DNA from: Candidatus Thorarchaeota archaeon
GTDB taxonomy: Archaea; Asgardarchaeota; Thorarchaeia; Thorarchaeales; Thorarchaeaceae
Direction of reading: 5' to 3'
Assembly (NCBI GenBank): GCA_048884785.1
Contig: JBHLQM010000005.1
Span: forward strand, 25,333-89,332
Length of the DNA stretch: 64,000 nucleotides
The notes below the pieces were generated by a model. It saw nothing but the letters and a program-made list of their open reading frames with translations, was not told the DNA's origin and did no database searches. Shown one piece after another: positions 39,125 to 49,660 of the stretch (the first letter of the stretch is position 1; the number at the start of each line of letters is the position of its first letter). The position numbers were made by a program, and so were the translations under genes.

Positions 39125-40486
39125 TTGAGACGTGCTGATGTAGTTGTAGTTGGAGCAGGTTCTGCGGGATGTGTGACTGCTAGAAGATGTGCCGAATTAG
39201 GACTTAGGACTCTTCTACTTGATAGAAAGGAAAAGGATGTAGTAGGAGAGAAGGTATGCGGTGATGAAGTAAGTAGAACACATTTCGAGGCAACAGGAAT
39301 TGATTTTCCAGAGGGCAAAGAAGTATCTAGTATTGTTGCGGGAGCAGATGTCTACCCTCCCAATATGGAGTATAGACTCGAGGTAAGAGGCTGGAGGGAC
39401 TTCGATGGATGGACTGTTAACAGATTGAATTTTGGTCAGCGACTTCTTGAAGAGGCGATAAGAGCTGGAGTGCTTTTTAGACCTGGCCGCCATGTAACAG
39501 GGCCATTGTTCAAAGGTGATTCAGTATCTGGGGTAAGTTTCAAGGATTTGAAAACAGGCCAAGAAGGATCTGCCCAATCCAAGATTGTTGTTGATGCTAG
39601 TGGGTTTGCATCTGTTATCAGAAAGAAGATAGACAATCCGCTTGTAGAGGATAAAATCGAAAAGAGTGACATTGCCCTGTGCTATAGAGAGATCTTGCAG
39701 TTGAAGATGCCTCTTGCAGAACCCGAAGTTGCTAGAGTATTTCTTGGAGGAAAATACGCACCAAAGGGATATGCTTGGATTTTTCCCAAAGGAGTTCAGC
39801 AGGTAAATGCTGGAGTAGGAGTCACAGGTGGCCAGGGTAGAGGGTCACCCAAGAGCCTGTTTCTGGCATTTAAAGAGGAATATCCCCTTCTATTCAGAAG
39901 CGAAGCGATTTCAGCTGGAGGTGGTGCTGTGCCCGTCCGACGACCAATATGGAGTCTCGTGAGTAATGGAGTTGCATTTGTAGGAGATGCCGCATTAATG
40001 GTAAATCCAATTCATGGTGGCGGCATTGGAGCTGGTATAAGAGCTGGAATCATACTCGGTGAAGTTGCCAAGGAAGCTATCGCCAAAGGTGACGTGAGCG
40101 CAAAGGGTCTCTGGGACTATAATATGCGCTTCTTAACCAACTTTGGCAGGAGGCTTGCTTCATTGGAGATTTTCAAGAGGCTACTGGCTGATGTTTCTGA
40201 TGATGAGATGAATTTTGGATTTGAGAAACAGCTTCTTGAGGCAAGTGATCTTATGGCCGCAAACAGGGGAGACGGTCTTTCACTGAGCTTTATTGATAAA
40301 ATGAAACGAGTAAAAAGGGGAGCTGGTCGACTGGGTCTCTTACTCAGCCTTCAACGAGCTTCATCACTAATGAAGAGAATAGACAAGGAATATGTGAATT
40401 ATCCCACAAGCCCATCAGGTCTTGATAGTTGGAAAATACGAGTACAGGAAATTATTGATGCTGCGGTTTTTCAAAAAGGAAGATAG
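39125..40486 (+). CDS. Geranylgeranyl reductase family protein (DGGR-like)
   Basis: GAGSAG, KVCGD, PKGYAWIFPK, GDAA..VNPIHGGGI. Confidence 0.9.
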   Translation: MRRADVVVVGAGSAGCVTARRCAELGLRTLLLDRKEKDVVGEKVCGDEVSRTHFEATGIDFPEGKEVSSIVAGADVYPPNMEYRLEVRGWRDFDGWTVNRLNFGQRLLEEAIRAGVLFRPGRHVTGPLFKGDSVSGVSFKDLKTGQEGSAQSKIVVDASGFASVIRKKIDNPLVEDKIEKSDIALCYREILQLKMPLAEPEVARVFLGGKYAPKGYAWIFPKGVQQVNAGVGVTGGQGRGSPKSLFLAFKEEYPLLFRSEAISAGGGAVPVRRPIWSLVSNGVAFVGDAALMVNPIHGGGIGAGIRAGIILGEVAKEAIAKGDVSAKGLWDYNMRFLTNFGRRLASLEIFKRLLADVSDDEMNFGFEKQLLEASDLMAANRGDGLSLSFIDKMKRVKRGAGRLGLLLSLQRASSLMKRIDKEYVNYPTSPSGLDSWKIRVQEIIDAAVFQKGR

Positions 40487-40516
40487 TGGTCTCGCGGACC
40501 ACCAATCTTCAATCAT

Positions 40517-41539
40517 CTATACGTCTCTTATTCCTTCCTTCAAAACGGAGAACACTGCTTCACCTTCAGGCAGATTTGGCGAATCCACCAGCCTACATAT
40601 CCTTCGTTCCCCTTTTGACTTGCGAAGGTAACATCTCGTTTGCGGAACATGAGCAAGTACATGACCACCAACTGGTGCAGTAGGATCGCCAAAGAATGCA
40701 TCTGGACGAGACATGACTTGATTCGTGATGTATACAGCCATGTTGTTTATCTCTGCTCCGCGTTGCAGATGATGCAGATGCTTGTTGAGTTTTTGCTGAC
40801 GTGCCGCCAGTGTCCCTCTTCCAGTATATTCTGCTCGAAAATGACTCGTGACGGAATCAACAACTAGCAATTTTGCATTCTTTTCAGCTGCCATCTCCAT
40901 TGCTTGATCACAAAGTAGAATCTGGTGATCGGAGTTATAGGCACGTGCCCAGACAACATTCTTCAATACTTTCGAGCTATCTATTCCCAATGCCTCAGCC
41001 ATGTCAACAAGTCTCTCTGGTCTAAAGGTACCCTCAGTATCAACATAGATGGCAGTTGCATCCAGTCCTCCTTCATCAGACGGTAATTGAATATTCACAG
41101 CGAGTTGATGGGCCATTTGTGTTTTACCAGATCTGAAAGATCCATACATCTCGGTGATGCTCTGAGTTTCTATACCACCACCAAATAATTCATCCAATGC
41201 CTTCGAACCAGTTGTGATTCTGCCAGCTGTTCTTCTGCGTTCAAGAAGAAGATCAGCTGTTTCAAAACCGATATCCAGCATTTCACGAGCTGCTTTGATG
41301 ATTTTTGTAGCAGTAGTTTCGCCAATGGATCCGGCTGCGGCTAGCTCACTAGGTGAAGCAACAGCGATTGCCTCGACACTCTTGTAACCAGCCTCTGCAA
41401 GACGTTTCCCAATTGCTGGACCCACGCCAGGTAAATCAGTGACCTCTATACCGGACTCTCCTTCAACGCCAACATCCGGACTCTCTTCATCTTCTTTTTC
41501 AGGATCATCAAAGTCTTCATAATCGAAATCTTCATCCAT
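40517..41539 (-). CDS. radA: DNA repair and recombination protein RadA
   Basis: N-terminal Hh[50 protein letters not shown]. Confidence 0.97.
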   Translation of the reverse strand: MDEDFDYEDFDDPEKEDEESPDVGVEGESGIEVTDLPGVGPAIGKRLAEAGYKSVEAIAVASPSELAAAGSIGETTATKIIKAAREMLDIGFETADLLLERRRTAGRITTGSKALDELFGGGIETQSITEMYGSFRSGKTQMAHQLAVNIQLPSDEGGLDATAIYVDTEGTFRPERLVDMAEALGIDSSKVLKNVVWARAYNSDHQILLCDQAMEMAAEKNAKLLVVDSVTSHFRAEYTGRGTLAARQQKLNKHLHHLQRGAEINNMAVYITNQVMSRPDAFFGDPTAPVGGHVLAHVPQTRCYLRKSKGERRICRLVDSPNLPEGEAVFSVLKEGIRDV

Positions 41540-41723
41540 TCTATTCGTAGACCTCCCTTGAATGCTTGAGCTAATTTTCTAGCTATCTCAAGACATCCTG
41601 CCAACTTCTAGTTCACTTAGGACAGTATAAAAATAGCACTAGTGGCCGAACCGAGTGACCCAGTTATAGACAAACCAGTATTATCAATTATGAAACGCTT
41701 CAAATGCTGTGATTTGATTCGGT

Positions 41724-42047
41724 TTAGCTCTTGGTCAAGGTAACAAGAATGAATTCTTCTTGTGGAGCGACTCTGATTCCGCCCATATCTGTTTGAATCT
41801 GAATGAATTGGAGCGCCCCGCCTTCCTTCACTTGTCTGATTACCTCTTTGGTCTTCCCGATTAACGCACTAAGAAGAGCTGAGATTTCCTCTGCACGTTC
41901 AAGAGAAACACCCCAAGTGTTGATTGGAAATCCTTCCGGACTGATGAAAAGCGCAGCATATACATCCGGGAACTTGCTAGTTATGTTCTGGATAATTCTT
42001 TCAAATATTTCACGCTTCGGCATCGCTGGCATCAATTGCACATCCAC
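41724..42047 (-). CDS. Roadblock/LC7 domain protein
   Basis: DVYAALFISPEGFPI...ISALLSAL...IQIQTDMGGIRV; true start may be ATG at 42023 or 42032. Confidence 0.85.
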   Translation of the reverse strand: MDVQLMPAMPKREIFERIIQNITSKFPDVYAALFISPEGFPINTWGVSLERAEEISALLSALIGKTKEVIRQVKEGGALQFIQIQTDMGGIRVAPQEEFILVTLTKS

Positions 42048-42164
42048 AGAAGTTTCTCAATGTTCAGTGGCTTCAGAGTTGTTGAAATTACAACATAAGG
42101 GTTTTCGTCACAGACTCCATCCAACGTTGGAAAAGATTCAAGACTCAAATATCAACGCTTTGGC

Positions 42165-42791
42165 TTGATTCAAATGAGATTTGGTGACGAATATCTGGAT
42201 ATTTCCGGCAGAAAAGTGAAATTTGCGAGGATTATTTCCAGATTGCTGCCGGCCCCGCTTTTCAATTTCTATTTGGGCATTATTCTGGCTTTCTATTCAC
42301 CTGTGGGTTTGGGGCCATATCTCAATTCGTGGACATCATTGGCGATTTGCATTGTTTTCATGGTGATTCTCCCTGTGTCCCCTATAATTCTAGAAGCAAA
42401 ACGAGGAAATGTAGATCTTGATGTCTCAGAGCAGGCAAAGAGAAATAGATTCTTTTTAGCCGCAATTGCTTTCTATGTAGCTGCCTTTGACATTTACTAT
42501 GTTGCGGCTTGTGATGTCATGGCCGTCTTCGCTGCCGCATATGCTACTGTCACCACAGGCATAATGATTGCTACCAGATGGTCAAAAGTCTCTGTCCATG
42601 CAGCTGGCGTCGGAGGTCCTGGTACAGCTTTGCTATTCATTTATGGTGCTATGGGATTGCTAGTAGTAGCAATTTGGTTTCTGGTGATCTGGGCAAGGAT
42701 TATTCTTAGACAGCACTCCCTTCAACAGTCACTCCTTGGTCTAGGGCTTGCAATACTGATTACAATTGCCACATATGCGGCGTTGTGGTAG
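42165..42791 (+). CDS. PAP2-like integral membrane protein
   Basis: Six TM segments; KVSVHAAG and RIILRQHS..Q...G resemble PAP2 C2/C3 motifs. Confidence 0.7.
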   Translation: MIQMRFGDEYLDISGRKVKFARIISRLLPAPLFNFYLGIILAFYSPVGLGPYLNSWTSLAICIVFMVILPVSPIILEAKRGNVDLDVSEQAKRNRFFLAAIAFYVAAFDIYYVAACDVMAVFAAAYATVTTGIMIATRWSKVSVHAAGVGGPGTALLFIYGAMGLLVVAIWFLVIWARIILRQHSLQQSLLGLGLAILITIATYAALW

Positions 42792-42895
42792 TAAAATTGG
42801 GGTTCGAGCAGGTTTTATTCATATGCGAACAATATAGGAATTAGATAGGGAATGGTGATACATCAATCATCATTACTACGCAAAAGGTCCCCACA

Positions 42896-44170
42896 ATGAC
42901 AGACTCTATTATTTGCCCCAAGTGCGGAACTAGCATGAGAAAAGGCTCAACATTCTGCCTCAAATGCGGGACTCCTTTAGCTGGAGATTCCAAATCATTT
43001 GTTGACACTTCTGAAGCTGAAGATATGTCGGAGATCGGATCCGAAGATACCTTTGAGAAGGATGAAGGTGATGTCGTACTACCTGAACTTGATGACTGGG
43101 GAACACAAGAAGATGAAACCGACACTCTCAATGAAGAAACTATGGTATCTCTCTCTGAAGCCGCAAGCATGATGAGTGAATCACCATTGGAGGAAGAAGT
43201 GGAAGTTGCTCCATCAGATGAATTGAGCTGGGATGAAGAATCGCTTTTGAGTAGAACTCCAAAAACAGAGTCTGATGATGAAAAGCTGACTGAAACATCG
43301 CCAGATACGAAAGAAAAAATCCCAGTTTCTCCTAATTCATCATGGGAAACTCCCAATGAATATTCACCCGAGATAAAGGTGGGCATGCCATTTCAGGAGG
43401 TCGCCCCGCCCAAAGTTGTGGATAGCGATATGGTTGCACTTCCTGAGAAAGATGTAATGGCGCATCTATTTCCCGATGAACAGGATGCGCCAACACGAGA
43501 GGCTGTTTCGCATCTATTCCCTCATGGCAGAGGAGAAACAACAAAGGACTTTGTCGATATTGTGGTTGGTAAACCAAAACGTATTGGAGCGGATATATCT
43601 CCATCATATCTTGAAACGCCGACATGCACTGAATGTGGGCATACCACCGGTTCAGATTCCTTCGAATATCCACCAGCAGTCTATGAAGTGATGGGAAAGG
43701 CTCGCTTGAATCATGGCTTAGATCTTATGAAGGACAACGAACATGAAAAGGCAATCGAGCAGTTTGAAATTGCGAAGAAATTGTTTGAACACGCAGATCT
43801 AAGCAAATGGGTTGATGAAGCAACTAAGCGTGTTGATGAAGGATATGATGCCATGGCTGAACATCATTACATCCAAGGTGAGAATCATCTCAAAGAAAAG
43901 CAATTTGAATGGGCGGTTGTACAATTCAAGAAAGCCAGAGAACTCTACATGTTTAGTACTGATGCAAAGAAACGCGCAAAGTGTTCTGAGCGAGCGAGAG
44001 ACGCCTACGAAGAATGGGGCAGGATACTTGAAAGCGAGGGAGATCAGCAGGCGAAAGAAGGGAACACACGAGAAGCTTTGGCGACCTATACTGAAGCTGC
44101 GGAAAAATATCGAGAAGCAGATGCACCAAAAAGGATTCAAGGATTGGAAAAGAAAATCAGAAAGGCATAG
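42896..44170 (+). CDS. Zinc-ribbon / acidic linker / TPR-(alpha-SNAP-like) repeat protein
   Basis: CPKCG...CLKCG, long D/E-rich linker, CTEC, then A..QFE.AK.LF / A.VQF.KARELY / A..TY.EAAEKY helical repeats. Confidence 0.7.
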   Translation: MTDSIICPKCGTSMRKGSTFCLKCGTPLAGDSKSFVDTSEAEDMSEIGSEDTFEKDEGDVVLPELDDWGTQEDETDTLNEETMVSLSEAASMMSESPLEEEVEVAPSDELSWDEESLLSRTPKTESDDEKLTETSPDTKEKIPVSPNSSWETPNEYSPEIKVGMPFQEVAPPKVVDSDMVALPEKDVMAHLFPDEQDAPTREAVSHLFPHGRGETTKDFVDIVVGKPKRIGADISPSYLETPTCTECGHTTGSDSFEYPPAVYEVMGKARLNHGLDLMKDNEHEKAIEQFEIAKKLFEHADLSKWVDEATKRVDEGYDAMAEHHYIQGENHLKEKQFEWAVVQFKKARELYMFSTDAKKRAKCSERARDAYEEWGRILESEGDQQAKEGNTREALATYTEAAEKYREADAPKRIQGLEKKIRKA

Positions 44171-44176
44171 TCCAAT

Positions 44177-45109
44177 TTACTTCGGCTTGAATCCAGTTAG
44201 ATTGAGAATATTCTTTCGGAAAACCAGATCTATGTCATCTGATGAGTAACAAAACTGAGGACATATAGCTCGCACCGCATTATATTGCTCTTCGAGGATG
44301 TTGTATCTATATCCTCGTGGAAAGAATGAGGAGTCTGTGCCAAACACTATTCGTGATGGGCCTCCAGCCTTCAATGCCTTTTCGAACACCTTTGTGATTG
44401 AGAGGTCGTACGGAAGGTAGTTCATCCAAGAATTGCTGCCGCTGGAATCCATGTGTATGTTTTCCGTTTGATACATCAGCATAAGCACTTCTCTAAAGAA
44501 TCCCGCCCCAAAGTGCGCAATCATAAAATTAAGATCAGGAAAATCGGAAGCTGGTTTTTGCAAGTCTAATGGATTTCCGTATCTGAGATTCGCCTGAGTT
44601 CCTATCGTTATTCCAAAGTGAGCAATTACGAGGAGTTTCTGTTTTAATGCCTCCTCATATACAGGATAAACACAATGATCATTTGCGTGGAATTCCCAGG
44701 AAGTGGGATATAGTTTGATTCCTTGAAATCCATCTCTTCCTGCTCTTCTAACCAAATCTACTGCATCTTCATCTGCAGGATTAATATTGGCATAACCCAG
44801 AAATCTGCCCGGAAAACGTCTTCTAGTTTCATTGAACTCATCCCACGATTCTTTGCCTATCATCATCCCAATGGCTGAAATTCCATATTTATCGAGCTCA
44901 TTTACCCAGACCTGACCTGTATCCCAGTTCTCATCGGGAAGTCTGAACTCCTTCATATCAGTAAGGGATGATACCCTCTTCTGTATCCTCTTGAACTGAT
45001 CCTCAGCGGATTGTTGACCGGCTCTTTCAAGAATTCCCTTTACGGTGTTATATGTCATGAAATGAGCATGAGCGTCTACTACTTCAATTCCGATTCTTGA
45101 AACTACCAA
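44177..45109 (-). CDS. Amidohydrolase_2 family metal-dependent hydrolase
   Basis: DAHAH, GIKLYP, AHFG, FGTDS. Confidence 0.9.
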   Translation of the reverse strand: MVVSRIGIEVVDAHAHFMTYNTVKGILERAGQQSAEDQFKRIQKRVSSLTDMKEFRLPDENWDTGQVWVNELDKYGISAIGMMIGKESWDEFNETRRRFPGRFLGYANINPADEDAVDLVRRAGRDGFQGIKLYPTSWEFHANDHCVYPVYEEALKQKLLVIAHFGITIGTQANLRYGNPLDLQKPASDFPDLNFMIAHFGAGFFREVLMLMYQTENIHMDSSGSNSWMNYLPYDLSITKVFEKALKAGGPSRIVFGTDSSFFPRGYRYNILEEQYNAVRAICPQFCYSSDDIDLVFRKNILNLTGFKPK

Positions 45110-45235
45110 TTCTAATCCTCCGGTCTATTACAGAAGGCTGATTCACGATAGTTTAATCCATATATGACTGTTACACTAGGTGCCAAACCAGAGCTGGACA
45201 ATGAAGCCGGAGTTTCACATTACAGCAGTCATCTA

Positions 45236-47425
45236 TTATATCCAATCGCCTGTTTCAAGCTTTCTAGGTAGATAGACATCCGTTAGATATTCGAAAGAAT
45301 GGCTTGCAAATGCCTGAATCTCAGCCTTCTCCTTCAACCGTAGCATCAACTGCAGGTCTTCAACCCATTCTTTATTCTTCTGAACAAAAGGTTCCTTCAG
45401 CATCTCTCTCACACGTTTGATGTCCGCAGGCTCCATTGGAATTCGGACACTCTTTGGAATGTCGAATGCATCAAGATCCCGGCTCAAAACACCGAGCAAT
45501 TTCAATTCAGGAGTTGCGATAAATGGAGATTCGTAGCTAAGTCGTTTACTACCTCTAAGAAAGACGGAGTAGATATAGTGTCCATATGGATCGCTGTCGA
45601 CTAGTGCAAATGCCGGAATTTCAAGTTCTTTCACAAGCATCTTTAGAAACGCACGGGTGGCAATATCACCTGACCCCTTTCCAGTGATGACAATGCATGG
45701 TTGGCGATTCCAGTATTTTGCCTCTGATAATCTCATAACTGCAGCATCCTTCTCAGACACTAGGATGAATTCGGCATCACTCTCAAGAATCTCCAATTGG
45801 TCCAAGAACGGTGTTACTGCCCATCCACCCGTTCCCATCTTTGTAAGATCTATGGTATCGCCACCATCTCTTATGACAACCCGTCCCATCGCTGAACCTC
45901 TGGCACTTGCAACAACATGAACACTGTCTCTTGTCGTATTCAGCATCGATGATACGTCTTCAATTATTTTATCGCTATACTTCTGGTCTCTGAAGAGGTT
46001 CACATCGCTGTAGAAGACCTCACGTTTAGAAGCGTGAAGATTGGATCGAAGTAATTGATAGATTATCTCCATAACCCTTGCTGTTCTTGTTGCATCCACC
46101 ACCGAAGCAAGTGAATGGTAAGGTCTCGACACCGTTTTCATACCCAGCAGAAGGAGGTCTCGAAACTCATCCCAGACAATATTGTCACTAGAACGACTTG
46201 GAATTTCAAACGCCGGACGACCGGTCATGAGTGTTTCATTGAGAACATCAGCCGCAGTTGAAACAAGCCGGTCCGTGGTATCTTTGGACTCCAAGTTGAC
46301 CACTTCTACTGTTTCTGGTAGATCAGTTGGTAATTCTCCTGCCTGTTCCATCCTATCAACTTCAGCCCATTGTAGTCTCATCTCTTTGGCGAGTTTCTGC
46401 ACTGCACGGGGAACTGGAAGGCCAGATTCTTTTCGCAATACTTTGGGTTTTTTCCTTACTGGCGTGTGTACCTTCTTGCGTTTGCTCACAACTACTTCCT
46501 CTTGTTTCTTCTTGGTTGTCCGTTTGGGTTTTGTAGATGGCTTCTCGGCTTGTTCTTCAATGGGTTCAACAAGCGCTTCGTCTTCGTCAATGGTCGGTTC
46601 TTCTCCAAGGGGGAGCTTCTTTTCCTTTTCTTTGGATTTTGGAGCTTTGGTTGATTTGACTGAAATTGTTTCGGGCTCCCCTGCAACAGTCCTTAATTCA
46701 TAGGCTTTCATATAATCACGAGCAGCTGCAACGATCCGGGTCGCTTTATCAAGTCCAAGACCTTCTATTCTCGCGGCTATTCCTGAAGGAGATGCTCTTG
46801 AGAGTCGTGCAATTGAGTTGTATCCAGCGGAGTCAAGGGTCATAGCTAGTTTTGATCCCACTCCAGGAATCTCTGTTAGTGCAGGTCTTGTGCTTTCTTC
46901 TTCTTCTCCTCCACTCACCACCTGATCCTCAGGTGCTTGTTCAGAGGGTGGTTTCAGTAGTTTCTTTGCATCCAATACAAGCCTTTCTGCACCACTCTTG
47001 CTGAGTCCTTCCACCTTCTTTGATAGTGAGTCAGCTCGAGCTCGAGAAATCTTCTCCACGGAGCCATATCCTGCAGAGATCAGTCTTTCTGCTAGTTTTG
47101 CCCCAACACCGGGGAGAGTCATTGGACTGGTCCCCTCAGGCTCAGGCGCGGGTGATTCTTTCTTGACTGCCTGTTTCTTCGAAGATGTATCATCCTTCTT
47201 TTTCTTAGTAGAATCTTTGGCTTTCTTCACGGGCTTTTTTGCTAATGGCTCCTTGCCTGTTTTTTTCTTTGAAGACCTCTTCTTGCTAGTGCTCTTTTTA
47301 GTCGGAGCCTTTTGTCCAGTAACTTTTTCTTTCTTGGGAGACGCTTTCTTTTTTGGGGACGATTCGTTCATTACATCGCCTAGAGTTGTTTGAACTGCCT
47401 TATCTGGTAGTTTTTTCTTCGCCAT
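45236..47425 (-). CDS. top6A: DNA topoisomerase VI subunit A with long N-terminal extension
   Basis: KREVFY (catalytic Tyr), FRDQKYSD..IED, SEKDA, DSDPYG, KAEIQA; 729 aa. Confidence 0.92.
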   Translation of the reverse strand: MAKKKLPDKAVQTTLGDVMNESSPKKKASPKKEKVTGQKAPTKKSTSKKRSSKKKTGKEPLAKKPVKKAKDSTKKKKDDTSSKKQAVKKESPAPEPEGTSPMTLPGVGAKLAERLISAGYGSVEKISRARADSLSKKVEGLSKSGAERLVLDAKKLLKPPSEQAPEDQVVSGGEEEESTRPALTEIPGVGSKLAMTLDSAGYNSIARLSRASPSGIAARIEGLGLDKATRIVAAARDYMKAYELRTVAGEPETISVKSTKAPKSKEKEKKLPLGEEPTIDEDEALVEPIEEQAEKPSTKPKRTTKKKQEEVVVSKRKKVHTPVRKKPKVLRKESGLPVPRAVQKLAKEMRLQWAEVDRMEQAGELPTDLPETVEVVNLESKDTTDRLVSTAADVLNETLMTGRPAFEIPSRSSDNIVWDEFRDLLLLGMKTVSRPYHSLASVVDATRTARVMEIIYQLLRSNLHASKREVFYSDVNLFRDQKYSDKIIEDVSSMLNTTRDSVHVVASARGSAMGRVVIRDGGDTIDLTKMGTGGWAVTPFLDQLEILESDAEFILVSEKDAAVMRLSEAKYWNRQPCIVITGKGSGDIATRAFLKMLVKELEIPAFALVDSDPYGHYIYSVFLRGSKRLSYESPFIATPELKLLGVLSRDLDAFDIPKSVRIPMEPADIKRVREMLKEPFVQKNKEWVEDLQLMLRLKEKAEIQAFASHSFEYLTDVYLPRKLETGDWI

Positions 47426-47430
47426 TCTGC

Positions 47431-49419
47431 CTATTCCTCCTCACCCTCTTCCAAGCCTTCTCCCAGTGGCATGTCTGCAATCAAATCTGAGCCTTCAATG
47501 TCGGTTTCCGTTTCTTCTTGATCAGTATCCAATTCGAAGCCTGAGATAGAATCTCTGATCTTGCTGGCAATGGTTTCGGGATCATATTTCGTTTTTCCAC
47601 TTGCATCATTCACAATATTCGACAGACTTGATGCGAATTGATCAGCATACATTGCAAGAATTCCAGCACGTTTTGCTTTTCGCCTGGCAGTTTCTCTCCT
47701 AGTAATGAAGCGTCGGAATTTGCGGCCTGCATCTTCCAGGGCTAATTTTATCTCCTTAAGTAGAACTTCATCTTCAGCCAATGCCTGTTTGCTCTGACCC
47801 TTGAACATGACATGTACATATGCCCCAGCAACATGGATGAAAACCATGATTGGCCCTCTAGGAATACCGTTATCGAATGTTGCTACTTTGTAATTCTTCC
47901 AATTAACAGAGGTTGAAGCTTTCCATGTGGCGCAGTCGCTATTATCTCTAAGTTTTGGAACACGATTCACAAAACGCCACAAAACCATTGGTGCTGATGT
48001 GGCATTCTTGATTTCTCCGCCATAAGCAATGCATACTTCAACTGCAAAAGAGAGACCTTTTCCTGATGTTGGCTTGCGTGTAACTGCAGCAACAAAATCA
48101 GGTTTGTAAGCTTTTAGAATGGTCTCCTCGAATATCTCTTCACCGACAGGGACTACGGTATCCGTAGGTGGAGCAATGTATTCCTCACTGGAAAATGCCT
48201 TGTATAATAATTCAATTTCAGTCTTATCAAGCGTATCAGCTGGAGTTGATGGACTCAAAACATCCAGATGTCTTATACGGAGGTCCTTGTTTGCCTTCTG
48301 AATAATTGTCTTTGCTTTGTTTGTGCTCATACGACAGAATGCTTTTGTAAGAAAATTCCGCAGGTCTGGCTCATGCGACTCTCGCAACAGATCCTGGAAC
48401 TCACCAATTCGAATACTAGCAGGATGTGGCTGAGCGTATTTTGGCTCATCAGGAAATGATTTCACTTTCCGGGGATAGATGTGAACATTTCCATATGGGT
48501 CAATGAATACAATGGTAACATGTGAGTTTAGAAGTGAGGCCATCTCTGAGTAAATGTCAGCATACCCTCTTCGATATTGAATGTTCAAATAGTTCAATCT
48601 GATGAATGTACCTTGCTTGAATGGCAAATCCATTTCAATTGGGCCGCCAACGTATTCTTTGGTATTGGCAGTGGTTGTATAGAAATCTGCAACTGTTGCT
48701 TTATCCGAATTGAATCTCTGTGATATTGTAAAAATCGGTTTACCAGTGGTATTCTGGGCATCACTGAATGCAGAAGGTGCACCAAATCCTTGACTTCCTC
48801 TAGTCTGTCGCAGCTTTTCTGATTTGCTGGATGCCAAATAGATTCCAAATTTCTCCAAGTCTTTTGGAACCATTCCTACACCCGTATCAAAGCAAATGAA
48901 CTCATATACTTTGAATCCTTCTTCATCATCCAGTGGGATTAGATCTGGCATGAATACTTCGGTGAGTTGCATCACAACGAGAGGTTCTCTCTTGTTTATG
49001 AATGATCTAAAGGGAACAACAAACTTCCTAAATTGTGTCAGTCTGTCTTCAAGTGATTCTTTGCGACCAGGTGGTATTTGAACTTCCTTTCCAGCGCGTA
49101 CATCACGTTCGAGCTGCTTGCTCAAGGAAATTGTGTCTACGAGCGTTCCTTCAAGCTTCTGCTTGATTTCATCGATGAGCTCCGGTTCAAGAGCATCATT
49201 CAAACGTGGACGAGAGTCTGTCTTCCACCACCAGCTTTCAACAGCATCTATTGCATTGTCAAGAAACTCAATTGCATATTGAGTGTGCTTATTTAATCCA
49301 GTCTCAAATCCGACCAGCTGGGTTCGCTTTCGCATGAATTTGGCTATTGTCCCCTGCTTTATGTCTCCACCAGTACCTGTGAAGACAGGAGTTGAGGAGT
49401 TCTCTTTCTTCTTGCTCAA
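47431..49419 (-). CDS. top6B: DNA topoisomerase VI subunit B
   Basis: EFLDNAIDA, DTGVG, SSK..RQTRGSQGFG, QPHP, RFVNRVP, SKQALA. Confidence 0.93.
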   Translation of the reverse strand: MSKKKENSSTPVFTGTGGDIKQGTIAKFMRKRTQLVGFETGLNKHTQYAIEFLDNAIDAVESWWWKTDSRPRLNDALEPELIDEIKQKLEGTLVDTISLSKQLERDVRAGKEVQIPPGRKESLEDRLTQFRKFVVPFRSFINKREPLVVMQLTEVFMPDLIPLDDEEGFKVYEFICFDTGVGMVPKDLEKFGIYLASSKSEKLRQTRGSQGFGAPSAFSDAQNTTGKPIFTISQRFNSDKATVADFYTTTANTKEYVGGPIEMDLPFKQGTFIRLNYLNIQYRRGYADIYSEMASLLNSHVTIVFIDPYGNVHIYPRKVKSFPDEPKYAQPHPASIRIGEFQDLLRESHEPDLRNFLTKAFCRMSTNKAKTIIQKANKDLRIRHLDVLSPSTPADTLDKTEIELLYKAFSSEEYIAPPTDTVVPVGEEIFEETILKAYKPDFVAAVTRKPTSGKGLSFAVEVCIAYGGEIKNATSAPMVLWRFVNRVPKLRDNSDCATWKASTSVNWKNYKVATFDNGIPRGPIMVFIHVAGAYVHVMFKGQSKQALAEDEVLLKEIKLALEDAGRKFRRFITRRETARRKAKRAGILAMYADQFASSLSNIVNDASGKTKYDPETIASKIRDSISGFELDTDQEETETDIEGSDLIADMPLGEGLEEGEEE

Positions 49420-49444
49420 CTTATTTCACACCACAAGGTCTACT

Positions 49445-49463
49445 ATTGTCATATTATGACAAT
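49445..49463. promoter_or_regulatory. Perfect 9-1-9 palindrome upstream of top6B (putative operator)
   Basis: ATTGTCATA-T-TATGACAAT, 26 bp from the top6B start. Confidence 0.55.
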
Positions 49464-49660
49464 GCCCACTAGAACACAAATATTGAGTTCTAGAACCATA
49501 TATGCCTCTTTCTAGGACTGTTAGGCACTCTCCCTATTGGCCTATAATGTTTTCCTGTTAATACCCTCCTGTAAAAGCGAAGCAGCCATTTTAGCGCACT
49601 TTGATTGGGATGCATCATCTTTTTCCGATGATTGTGTTTCCCAATATTGAGGAGAAAACC

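Noticed and set aside
40517-41539. Intein in RadA
   Set aside because: Length (340 aa) and continuous motifs after the Walker A box leave no room for an insertion.
42841-43386. 181-aa Ser-rich minus-strand ORF
   Set aside because: Antisense shadow of the acidic linker of 42896-44170.
46182-47393. Long + strand ORFs (173 and 131 aa) opposite top6A
   Set aside because: Antisense shadows of low-complexity K/E-rich coding sequence, with F/S/L-rich composition.
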